Notes under the pieces: generated by a model
What the model was told of the DNA's origin: nothing
The model's database searches: none
What the model saw: the letters and a program-made list of their open reading frames with translations, nothing else
Made by a program: the position numbers and the translations under genes
Assembly (NCBI GenBank): GCA_019455105.1
Contig: JACFMZ010000003.1
Span: 4,895-67,926, forward strand
Reading direction: 5' to 3'
Length of the DNA: 63,032 nucleotides
From: Bacteroidota bacterium
GTDB lineage: Bacteria > Bacteroidota > Ignavibacteria > UBA10030 > UBA8401
Shown: in pieces, positions 45,932 through 53,853 of the stretch
Numbering within the stretch: position 1 is the stretch's first letter
Layout: every line of letters begins with the position of its first letter

Positions 45932-46075
45932 TTAAATTCCAAGAGGAATATCGTTGAGATCATCGGCAACGGAATAAGATTTTTTCTTTGCAGCAGCATG
46001 TCCGGGGGAAACAAAGGCGCTGAGAATTAGTAACAGCCCCACGGTAACCATTCCTATTGTAATTGATTTTTTCAT
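45932..46075 (-). CDS. possible 47-aa signal-peptide-bearing leader ORF (below the ORF-track size cutoff)
   Basis: My hand translation gives MKKSITIGMVTVGLLLILSAFVSPGHAAAKKKSYSVADDLNDIPLGI*. It lies between the sigma-54 promoter and flgB and ends 11 nt before the flgB ATG. An in-frame ATG also exists at 46081. The Shine-Dalgarno sequence is weak. Confidence 0.35.
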   Translation of the reverse strand: MKKSITIGMVTVGLLLILSAFVSPGHAAAKKKSYSVADDLNDIPLGI

Positions 46076-46100
46076 TGGCATCTCTTTTTTTATTACTTAT

Positions 46101-46116
46101 TGCAATCAAAGTGCCA
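46101..46116 (-). promoter_or_regulatory. sigma-54 (RpoN) -24/-12 promoter of the flgB-led flagellar operon
   Basis: The minus strand reads TGGCAC-TTTGA-TTGCA, a perfect match to TGGCAC-N5-TTGCW. It sits in a 125-bp AT-rich intergenic region, about 25 nt upstream of the first downstream ATG. Confidence 0.65.
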
Positions 46117-46200
46117 AAGATTTTGAAGAATATTTTTGAAAATAGAAGCGAATTTGCAGGTGAGAAGAAATGTTGGTGGTGAATATTAGCCAGATGCTAA

Positions 46201-46470
46201 TTATTCAGCGGCATATTCTAAATAAACGGTTTTCGATTTGCCGCATGAACAAATAAACTCAATACTTTCAATGGTCTCGCCGTTTTTATGAAAACGAACT
46301 TCCGGCTCGCTCTCATGGATATGTTGAATTTCAGGAAAGGTAAATTGTGTTTGTTCCGATGAAGAAGTTTTTAAAATATTTCCCTCAACCACAGAAGTCG
46401 TTACATTTTCTTTGTTTAATGAAGCAAGGTCAACAAATTCAGTGCTGGAGGACTGGCCGTTCTGATTCAT
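46201..46470 (-). CDS. uncharacterised 89-aa protein at the 3' end of the che operon
   Basis: The only ATG consistent with non-overlap logic is at 46470, which overlaps the cheB stop by 32 nt. C-terminal 'IESIEFICSCGKSKTVYLEY'. The upstream part of the tracked ORF lies inside cheB. Confidence 0.4.
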   Translation of the reverse strand: MNQNGQSSSTEFVDLASLNKENVTTSVVEGNILKTSSSEQTQFTFPEIQHIHESEPEVRFHKNGETIESIEFICSCGKSKTVYLEYAAE

Positions 46471-47578
46471 AAGATTTCCCTGTGGTAATTTGATATAACA
46501 CCGAATGCATCTCATCCAGAGGAACAACAGCGTCGGCAATTCCTTCATCCACCACTGCTTTCGGCATTCCGTACACAACGCACGACTCTTCATTTTGTGC
46601 CGCAACATAACCGCCGCGCGCCTTTACTTTTTTCATCCCTTCCAAACCATCTTTTCCCATTCCCGTCATTATCACTCCAAGAAGAGGCGCATTAATTGTT
46701 TCAACAGCGGAGCTCACCATAATATCCACGCTCGGCCGGTATAATGTTTCTGCCGGCTGTTCTGAAATTTTTATGGCAATATCGCCGCCGGATTTTCTAA
46801 AGGTCATGTGCTTGCCGCCCGGGGCAAGAAAGACAAAACCCGGTTCCAAAATATCGTTCTCTTCCGCTTCACGCACCGAAAGAGCCGAGAAAGAATTTAT
46901 TCTTTCCGCCAGTGATTTTGTAAAGCGCGGAGGCATATGCTGAACAATGGCAATACCGAGCGGAAATGATTCCGGAAGTTTCGGAATCATTTGCAACAAA
47001 GCAAACGGTCCGCCGGTAGAAATGCCGAGCACCAAAGCGCGAAAATCTCTCCGCGAAGGAGTGTTTACCATCCGGCTTTGATGCGCTGTTGACGAAGTTT
47101 TTTTTGTTAACTGCGGCAGTTCTAAACTTTTTTTTCTGCTGTTCTTTAAGCGAAGGCGAAGCGCCGCGTTTCTTCCGATGCTTTTTACTTTGGCAATTAA
47201 CTCGCTCCGCTTATTGGTAATGTTCAGCGAAACGTACGAAAGATCTTTTGAAATAAAATCAACGGCGCCCAAGTTTAACGCTTCAATGGTGGCATCGGCT
47301 CCTTCGGTAGTTAGCGAACTGAACATTAACACCGGAAGAGGCATTTCATTCATAATAATTTTCAGCGCCGAAAGCCCGTCCATACCGGGCATTTCAATAT
47401 CCATTGTTACAACGTCGGGACGGAATTCTTTAATTTTTTCAATTCCTTCTTTTCCGTCGCGCGCGGTGGCAACAATTTTTATTTCCGGATCAGATTCAAG
47501 CATCATGGAGATTGATTTCCGCATAAATGCCGAATCGTCAATAATAATTACCGTTACCGGTCTAATCAATGAGTTCAT
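46439..47578 (-). CDS. cheB: chemotaxis methylesterase/deamidase CheB (REC + CheB catalytic domain)
   Basis: 'VIIIDDSAFMRKSI...VTMDIEMPGMDG', 'LGISTGGP', 'GVIMTGMGKDG' are present. Confidence 0.95.
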   Translation of the reverse strand: MNSLIRPVTVIIIDDSAFMRKSISMMLESDPEIKIVATARDGKEGIEKIKEFRPDVVTMDIEMPGMDGLSALKIIMNEMPLPVLMFSSLTTEGADATIEALNLGAVDFISKDLSYVSLNITNKRSELIAKVKSIGRNAALRLRLKNSRKKSLELPQLTKKTSSTAHQSRMVNTPSRRDFRALVLGISTGGPFALLQMIPKLPESFPLGIAIVQHMPPRFTKSLAERINSFSALSVREAEENDILEPGFVFLAPGGKHMTFRKSGGDIAIKISEQPAETLYRPSVDIMVSSAVETINAPLLGVIMTGMGKDGLEGMKKVKARGGYVAAQNEESCVVYGMPKAVVDEGIADAVVPLDEMHSVLYQITTGKSYESERPVLQH

Positions 47579-49379
47579 TGGGCTGCTGATAAAATTCCGG
47601 GGCGGCGGCGGATGTTTTCTTTGCCACTTCCATAAATTGTGCTACATCAATAATTAAGATTACTCTTCCATCACCGAGAATTGTTGAACCGGCAATACAG
47701 GGAATGGCGCCGAGATATTCGCCGAGAGATTTTATCACAACTTCACGCTGCCCGAGAAGCGAATCGACAACAATGCCGAGACGTTCTTCGGCAATACCGA
47801 CAACGACAATATAATCCCACTCAGATTGTTTCTTCTGAATATCAACATTGAAGATAGTATTAAACCGCGCCAGCGGCAGCACCGAATCGCGCAGGCAAAT
47901 CACTTCTCTTCCGTGAATGGTATCAATGTCGCTTTTTCGCAGACGAACAACTTCCAGTACGGAATTTAACGGAAGCGCAAAAACTTCTTTATTCGTTTCC
48001 ACCAGCAGCCCTTGAATAATGGCAAGCGTGAGGGGAAGTTTAATAATAAATTTACTTCCAACGCCGACTTCCGATTCGATATCCACAATGCCTTTAAGTT
48101 TTGAAATGTTTGTTTTAACCACATCCATTCCCACGCCGCGCCCGGAAACATTGGTAACTTTTTCTGCCGTGCTGAAACCGGGAGCAAAGATAAGATTTTG
48201 CGCCTCTTTCTTGCTCATTTCAGCGGCTTGCTGTTCGGTAATTATTCCTTTTTCAATCGCTTTCTTTTTTATTTTTTCCGGATCAATTCCTTTTCCGTCG
48301 TCTTTTATGGAAATAACAATATGGTTTCCTTCGTGCTCGGCGGTAATTTCAATGGTTCCCTTTGCCGGTTTTCCTTTTGCCAGACGCTCTTCTTCGCTTT
48401 CAATTCCATGGTCGGCGGCGTTGCGGAGAATATGAATCAGCGGATCATTAATTTCTTCAATAATGGATTTATCAAGTTCCGTTTCTTCGCCGGACATTTG
48501 CAGATCAATTTCACGAGAAAGCTCGCGGGAAAGATCGCGGACCAGCCGGGGAAGTTTGTTAAACACTTTTGCAATCTGCACCATTCTGGTTTTCATCACT
48601 GCCATTTGAAGTTCAGTAGTAATTAAATCTACCTGCGAACTTGTTTCGGCAAGATCTTTCATCAGCACGTCCCCTTCAAATTTTTCGTTGAGCGTAAAGT
48701 TCAGCTGCGCCAGACGGTTTCTTCCCAACACAAGCTCGCCGACAAGATTCATCAATTCATCAAGGCGTGTTACATCAACACGAATGGTGGATTCAATAGT
48801 ACGGGCGGGCTGATGATGAGCGGAATGAACTTCCTGAGATTCCCGTTCGTGAACGGCTTTTCGAGTCTCATCTTTTTTCTCCGGCTCGTCAACTTCATAC
48901 GCCGACGGCTCCTCCTCCTCTTCCGAATGTATTTCCGGCGGAAGATTCTGCACCGGCTGCTCCTGAGCGGAATCATTTCCCGATGCAATGGCGGAGAGCC
49001 GTGATTTTATTTCTTCAAGTTCCAACGGCGTGCCGTTGCGCTGCTCAATGCGAAGCAGCAGTTCTTTCAACAAATCAAACGCGCGGAACATTACATCCAT
49101 GCGCGCCGGAGTAACATTCAGTTCGCCGTGACGGATTTTATTCATCACATCTTCAAAACTGTGAGCAAGTTCGGTTAACTGCTCGAAGCCTAAAAATGAT
49201 GAGGTTCCTTTTACGGTATGCACCGCGCGAAAAATAACATTATGCAGTTCTTTATCGTCCGGCGTTTGTTCTAACGCTACAAGATCGTTGCCGAGTTTCT
49301 CTAAAATTTCATTGGATTCTACAATGAAGCTGTCGAGAATTTCCGCCATCTCTCCGTCGTATTCTGGAAATTGAGACAT
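47562..49379 (-). CDS. cheA: chemotaxis histidine kinase CheA
   Basis: Hpt 'RAVHTVKGTSSFLGF'. HATPase 'HILRNAADHGIE', 'DDGKGID', 'GRGVGMDVV'. C-terminal CheW-like domain. Confidence 0.96.
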   Translation of the reverse strand: MSQFPEYDGEMAEILDSFIVESNEILEKLGNDLVALEQTPDDKELHNVIFRAVHTVKGTSSFLGFEQLTELAHSFEDVMNKIRHGELNVTPARMDVMFRAFDLLKELLLRIEQRNGTPLELEEIKSRLSAIASGNDSAQEQPVQNLPPEIHSEEEEEPSAYEVDEPEKKDETRKAVHERESQEVHSAHHQPARTIESTIRVDVTRLDELMNLVGELVLGRNRLAQLNFTLNEKFEGDVLMKDLAETSSQVDLITTELQMAVMKTRMVQIAKVFNKLPRLVRDLSRELSREIDLQMSGEETELDKSIIEEINDPLIHILRNAADHGIESEEERLAKGKPAKGTIEITAEHEGNHIVISIKDDGKGIDPEKIKKKAIEKGIITEQQAAEMSKKEAQNLIFAPGFSTAEKVTNVSGRGVGMDVVKTNISKLKGIVDIESEVGVGSKFIIKLPLTLAIIQGLLVETNKEVFALPLNSVLEVVRLRKSDIDTIHGREVICLRDSVLPLARFNTIFNVDIQKKQSEWDYIVVVGIAEERLGIVVDSLLGQREVVIKSLGEYLGAIPCIAGSTILGDGRVILIIDVAQFMEVAKKTSAAAPEFYQQPNELID

Positions 49380-49403
49380 ACTCTGTACTCCGTTTTAACG
49401 CTC

Positions 49404-50111
49404 TTATGGATGTTGTGTGAATTGCGCAATAATTGAATCCGCTTCATCTTGACGTGTTGAATCTTTATTGAAACTGGCATTGCTGTCAAAATGTTTTTGT
49501 CCGTTATCTTCCACATCAATTGATTCTCTGCCGTGATATTTTCCGACAACATTATACAACTGGCGTCTTACGGATTCTATCATATGCCGAACGCCTTCAA
49601 TTTGCTGCGTGGTAATATCCTGCACCTGCAATGCCATGGCAATATTCATGGAAATTTCTCTCACATCGGAAAGATGCTGACATAAATCGCCGATGGTTTT
49701 GCTGTTATCGGTGTGTCCGGCAAGTTCTTCTGCTGCCTTTGCAAAATCCGGAAATGCCGATTGTGTTTCCGCCGGCAGCTTTTTAAATTCTTCAATAAGC
49801 ACAGAAAATTTTTTCTCCCGCTCTTCAACAATATCTTTAATTGAGATTAACTGCTGCTCAACTTTTTCAAAACGCTGCCCGAGTTCATCCAGCAGATTGA
49901 GAATTTCTATGGTAGCGGTTTCCGTTGCCTGTGTAACATTGGTCAATTGCTGCGATGCTTTGGGAATTTTGCTGGAAGTGTGTTCGACCGAAGTTTTTAT
50001 TTCATCCAGCACCGGCATAACTTTGCGCAGCGTTTCCAGCAGCTGCTGCATTCCGGTAATATTTTCAGCTTCCGCATTTTCGGGAAGATCCTGAACGTGT
50101 ACATTTTGCAT
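49404..50111 (-). CDS. CheZ-like CheY-P phosphatase
   Basis: Helical 235-aa protein between cheY and cheA. Contains 'ALQVQDITTQQIEG' (D165-x3-Q169, encoded at 49605-49619), matching the CheZ catalytic 'QDLTGQ' pattern. Confidence 0.6.
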   Translation of the reverse strand: MQNVHVQDLPENAEAENITGMQQLLETLRKVMPVLDEIKTSVEHTSSKIPKASQQLTNVTQATETATIEILNLLDELGQRFEKVEQQLISIKDIVEEREKKFSVLIEEFKKLPAETQSAFPDFAKAAEELAGHTDNSKTIGDLCQHLSDVREISMNIAMALQVQDITTQQIEGVRHMIESVRRQLYNVVGKYHGRESIDVEDNGQKHFDSNASFNKDSTRQDEADSIIAQFTQHP

Positions 50112-50147
50112 AATAGGCCTGTAAAAAATTATTTAAATAAGTTATGC

Positions 50148-50522
50148 TTATGCAGCTTTTAATATTTGGTCAATCTTTTCTTTTAATGCTTGCGGCGTAA
50201 AGGGCTTAATAATATAATTGTTCGCTTTTGCCTGCATTGCTTCAATAACATCCGTTTTGTTGCCGCGCGTTGTTACCATCAGCACGGGAAGCATTCCGTA
50301 CGCATCGGTTGACCGGATTGCCTTCACCAAATCCAGCCCGTTCATTTCAGGCATATTCCAATCCGTAATAACAAAGTTTGGATTTTCTTCCTGAAGCTTC
50401 TGCAGCGCTTCTTTTCCGTCGCCGGCTTCCACCACTGTATCGAAACCGATTACTTTTAATGCGTTGATGACAATGCGGCGCATCGTCTGCGAATCATCCA
50501 CAACCAAAAATTTTACTGACAT
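50148..50522 (-). CDS. cheY: chemotaxis response regulator CheY
   Basis: Start set at ATG 50522 (GAGGAG upstream). 'FLVVDDSQTMRRI...ITDWNMPEMNGLDL...YIIKPF'. Confidence 0.9.
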   Translation of the reverse strand: MSVKFLVVDDSQTMRRIVINALKVIGFDTVVEAGDGKEALQKLQEENPNFVITDWNMPEMNGLDLVKAIRSTDAYGMLPVLMVTTRGNKTDVIEAMQAKANNYIIKPFTPQALKEKIDQILKAA

Positions 50523-50536
50523 AGTCTCCTCAATGT

Positions 50537-50908
50537 TTATTCTGTCCAACTTAAATATTTTGAAACTTCATATTGTACTTTTTCAAGACTGAACGGTTTA
50601 TTCAAATACGAGCGAACTCCAAGGCTGGCTCCGGCGTTTTTTAGGGTTTCATCTTTTAAAGAAGTAAGGATGATGATCGGCAGTTCCTTAAAGTCGGTGC
50701 TTTCACGCAGCGCTTTTACCAATTCCAATCCGTCCATATTCGGCATATTCAAATCGGTAATAAGAAGGTCCACCTGCTCTCTCGGAAGTTTTTCCAAAGC
50801 ATCCATACCGTCTTCTGCCGTTACCACGCGAAATCCCTGCATGGAAAGAGAGACCGAAACAAATTTTCTTACCGTTGAAGAATCATCAACAACAAGTATT
50901 GTATGCAC
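50537..50908 (-). CDS. second single-domain CheY-like response regulator
   Basis: 'ILVVDDSSTVRKF...ITDLNMPNMDGLEL...YLNKPF'. Confidence 0.88.
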   Translation of the reverse strand: MHTILVVDDSSTVRKFVSVSLSMQGFRVVTAEDGMDALEKLPREQVDLLITDLNMPNMDGLELVKALRESTDFKELPIIILTSLKDETLKNAGASLGVRSYLNKPFSLEKVQYEVSKYLSWTE

Positions 50909-50913
50909 TGTTT

Positions 50914-51807
50914 TTACTCCTTTTTATAGGCAATGGCTTTTGGAAAATTTAATATTTTAAAGGCGGAAGATATTCCGTGCAGCGATTCGGCATAGCCGAT
51001 AAAAAGAAATCCCCCTTTATTCAAACCGTCATACAGCTGCGAAACAACCTGAATTTTTGATTTCTGATCGAAATAGATTAACACGTTGCAGCAAAAGACA
51101 ACATCAAAATTCGACATAAGCCGCATGCGGTTCTTATCAAACAGATTGAGATGTTCAAAGCGGACTAATTTTCTTGCCGCATCAACCACGGTAAAGACGC
51201 CGTTATTTTCCGTAAAATACTTTTTCAAATAATAGGGAGAAATATTGCGAATGGAATACTGACGGTATTCTCCTTTTGCGGCAGTTCGCAGCACACCGGG
51301 CGCAATATCTGTTCCTACAATTTCAATGCTGAGAGAAGGATATTTCGGTTTAATTTTTTCTAAGAATATCATCGCCAGTGTATGCGCTTCTTCTCCCGTT
51401 GAACTCGCCGCGCTCCAGACGCGAATTTTTGTTTTTCCTGCCGCAACCAGTTCAGGAATTAATGTTTTTTCAAAAATTTCAAACTGCGGCTCATTGCGGA
51501 AGAAATATGTTTCATTAATAGTAATGGCATCAAAAAGAAATTCGCGTTCTTTTTCTTTTCCGGAAACAGAAAGGATATAGCGCACATAATCTTCGTAGCT
51601 TTCTATTTGCAGCATCTGCAGGCGTTTGGAAATTCTGCTTTCCAAAAGATATTTTTTATTATCCTGAAAATAGATTCCCGTCATCGTATAAATATGGCTG
51701 CGCAGTGCGGTAAACGTCGGCTCTGCCATTGCCTGCACTTTGGACGCAAGAGAAAACGCCGGCACTCCGTTATTCTGCGGTGTGGCTGCTTGCTGCGCTG
51801 AAATCAC
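50914..51807 (-). CDS. cheR: chemotaxis protein methyltransferase CheR
   Basis: 'ITINETYFFRN', 'IRVWSAASSTGEEAHTLAM', 'FDVVFCCNVLIYFD' are present. Confidence 0.95.
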   Translation of the reverse strand: MISAQQAATPQNNGVPAFSLASKVQAMAEPTFTALRSHIYTMTGIYFQDNKKYLLESRISKRLQMLQIESYEDYVRYILSVSGKEKEREFLFDAITINETYFFRNEPQFEIFEKTLIPELVAAGKTKIRVWSAASSTGEEAHTLAMIFLEKIKPKYPSLSIEIVGTDIAPGVLRTAAKGEYRQYSIRNISPYYLKKYFTENNGVFTVVDAARKLVRFEHLNLFDKNRMRLMSNFDVVFCCNVLIYFDQKSKIQVVSQLYDGLNKGGFLFIGYAESLHGISSAFKILNFPKAIAYKKE

Positions 51808-51826
51808 AATACCCTCGTCGTCATTC

Positions 51827-53197
51827 TTATACCATTAAAACCGATTGAACAAATTCTCTAACCATCTCTTCCGGATCATCAAGATACCGCATAAGAAGTT
51901 CTCCGTTGCGCTGATGCGTTGCGTTAGAGGCAAGCTGTAAAAATTCCACCCTGCTCCAGCCGTCCATTTCATTAACTAACGGCACAATGCTTTCAAATGC
52001 TTTTTCTTCGTTGAGGAAAAAAAGCACATCAACAATAATTGAACGCAGTTCGTTATCCGCCGAATGCCAATCCTGAAGAAGAATATCAAACAGAGCATTA
52101 TCTTCGCGGCTCGGCGTGTACGTTTCTGTTTGGGTGCGCTCTTTTAAATGCGGCAAAATTTTTATTAAACTTGTTTTCTTTTCATCATTGGAAAATGAAG
52201 AGTACAGCGGAAATAATTCTATAAACGGAATATTCTGCTGCAGCATAACATTTATAAGATAGGCGTCGATATCGCCGTAGGAACCGAAAAGGCGCACAAC
52301 TTCCGGAAGGATTCTCTTTTTTGTAAGAGCAGTCAGCGCGCGCACTCCGGCAAACACAATCTTTTCATCTTCATCGGACAGTATTTGAATAAAATGCGAC
52401 GTGTGCAGTTCATCAAACGGAAGATGATACCGCTCGGCAAGAATAATGTAGGAATAGATTAATACATGCTGCAGTCTTCCGCTCGTATCATCAATAATTT
52501 TCTCTAATTCCGGAATTGCTTTTTCATTTCCGCACTGCGCTAACGCTTCTACAAGAGCGTAGGCAATAAGCGCATTGTCTCCGTCTCTGTTTTCCAATTC
52601 GCGAAGCATGGCAAGAATAATCATGGAAAGCGACACATCGGCAATTTTTCCGAAGGCTTCGGCAACCATTACCCGCGCGTAGGGATAGCAGACATACGCT
52701 GTTGTTAATTGGGGAATAACACTGCGGTCGCGGATATTTCCCAGCGCTTCAATTGCCGCCACCACAACATTTTCATCCGCATCAAAAAACAAAGGAAGCA
52801 GTGATGAAACAGCTTTGGGAGAGCCGATTAGTCCGATGGTATCAATTGCCAGTTTTTTTACATCCGGATTTTCATGATTCACATAATCAAGCAGCGGCGC
52901 AACAGAATCATCGCCGATTTCTACCAGAAGTTTTGACGCAAGATTGCGCGTTGTAAAATTTGAATCCGTAAGATATTCCACAATGGCGAGCGCCGAAGTT
53001 TTATGCGGAAGCTGAAGAAGCGATCTCGAAGCCGCATCGCGCACTCCCTTATCGGAATCCTGCAGCGCTAATGATAAAACCGCCGACACCATTAAATTAT
53101 TGCTCAGCGATAAATCTTCGGCAGCCTGCCGGCGGCGGCTTTCATCCGCATCGGTCAATAATGTTTGAATGTGTTCTTGAATTGAATTCGGTATCAT
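51827..53197 (-). CDS. HEAT-repeat (PBS-lyase-like) protein
   Basis: Repeated 'D.D..VR..A...L' units (e.g. 'DADESRRRQAAEDL', 'DSDKGVRDAASRSL', 'DADENVVVAAIEALG'). ATGA overlap with the upstream REC gene. Confidence 0.75.
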   Translation of the reverse strand: MIPNSIQEHIQTLLTDADESRRRQAAEDLSLSNNLMVSAVLSLALQDSDKGVRDAASRSLLQLPHKTSALAIVEYLTDSNFTTRNLASKLLVEIGDDSVAPLLDYVNHENPDVKKLAIDTIGLIGSPKAVSSLLPLFFDADENVVVAAIEALGNIRDRSVIPQLTTAYVCYPYARVMVAEAFGKIADVSLSMIILAMLRELENRDGDNALIAYALVEALAQCGNEKAIPELEKIIDDTSGRLQHVLIYSYIILAERYHLPFDELHTSHFIQILSDEDEKIVFAGVRALTALTKKRILPEVVRLFGSYGDIDAYLINVMLQQNIPFIELFPLYSSFSNDEKKTSLIKILPHLKERTQTETYTPSREDNALFDILLQDWHSADNELRSIIVDVLFFLNEEKAFESIVPLVNEMDGWSRVEFLQLASNATHQRNGELLMRYLDDPEEMVREFVQSVLMV

Positions 53198-53571
53198 TTC
53201 TCTGTTTCGTGTTCTAATAACTGCAATAATTTTTCTTCAATTTGTTTTTGCGTAATCGGTTTCAGCAGGTAGCCTGAAACGCCGAGCTGCACAACGCTTC
53301 CCACCGTTTCTTTATCGTTCAGTGCGGACATGACAACAACCGGAAGCGTTTTAAATTCCGGCTTATGACGAATACGTTCCAGCATCGTAATTCCGTTCAT
53401 TACCGGCATCCACAAATCCGTAAAAACTAAATCAGGATTTACTATTTCTACAACGCGAAGACCTTCCACGCCGTCTTTTGCTTCAAACACTTCACATTCT
53501 TTTATCTGAAGAATCATCCGCTTCACCAGCAGACGCTGAGCCGTATCATCCTCAACAACCAGAATTTTCAT
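53194..53571 (-). CDS. single-domain response regulator (REC)
   Basis: Start set at ATG 53571. 'ILVVEDDTAQRLL...FTDLWMPVMNG...YLLKP'. Confidence 0.85.
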   Translation of the reverse strand: MKILVVEDDTAQRLLVKRMILQIKECEVFEAKDGVEGLRVVEIVNPDLVFTDLWMPVMNGITMLERIRHKPEFKTLPVVVMSALNDKETVGSVVQLGVSGYLLKPITQKQIEEKLLQLLEHETEK

Positions 53572-53594
53572 GTTGAGCGCCTTTCTCAATAATA

Positions 53595-53795
53595 TTATTT
53601 CTTATGAATCCGGCGCGGCGAATAATATTTACAATGATAATAATGTAATTCTCCGGCTGAATTCCATGGATGTCCGCATACCCGGCAATGCTCTCCCTTA
53701 TAATCAATAGCATTGAGAAAAACCAAAAAGGGTTTTATTTCGGCATAGGATGTTGAAGTCTGTGCCTGCGGTTTTGCATAAGCTGTAGAACGCAT
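53595..53795 (-). CDS. small Cys/His-rich protein (possible zinc-binding), first ORF of the che operon
   Basis: 66 aa with 'CRVCGHPWNSAGELHYYHC'. Strong Shine-Dalgarno GGGGAGG 6 nt upstream of the ATG. A sigma-70-like promoter lies just upstream. Confidence 0.45.
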   Translation of the reverse strand: MRSTAYAKPQAQTSTSYAEIKPFLVFLNAIDYKGEHCRVCGHPWNSAGELHYYHCKYYSPRRIHKK

Positions 53796-53824
53796 GTGAA
53801 CCTCCCCATTGTGAAAATTATTAA

Positions 53825-53853
53825 TACTATACCATTTTCAGATTTCGTGCCAA
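53825..53853 (-). promoter_or_regulatory. sigma-70-like promoter for the che operon
   Basis: The minus strand reads TTGGCA-N17-TATAGT, with TG 1 nt upstream of the -10. The -10 ends about 30 nt upstream of the ATG at 53795. Confidence 0.4.

Noticed and set aside
43100-50094. Plus-strand ORFs inside fliF, cheA and the cheZ-like gene (43100-43480, 43493-43969, 48019-48435, 48198-48626, 49693-50094).
   Set aside because: They are embedded antisense in strongly supported genes. They have low-complexity Ser/Phe/Ile-rich products and no RBS.
53848-53853. A TGGCAC hexamer upstream of the che operon as a third or fourth sigma-54 promoter.
   Set aside because: No TTGC/GC element lies at the -12 distance (the sequence reads TGGCACGAAATCTGA). 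The hexamer fits better as the -35 (TTGGCA) of a sigma-70-like TTGGCA-N17-TATAGT promoter.
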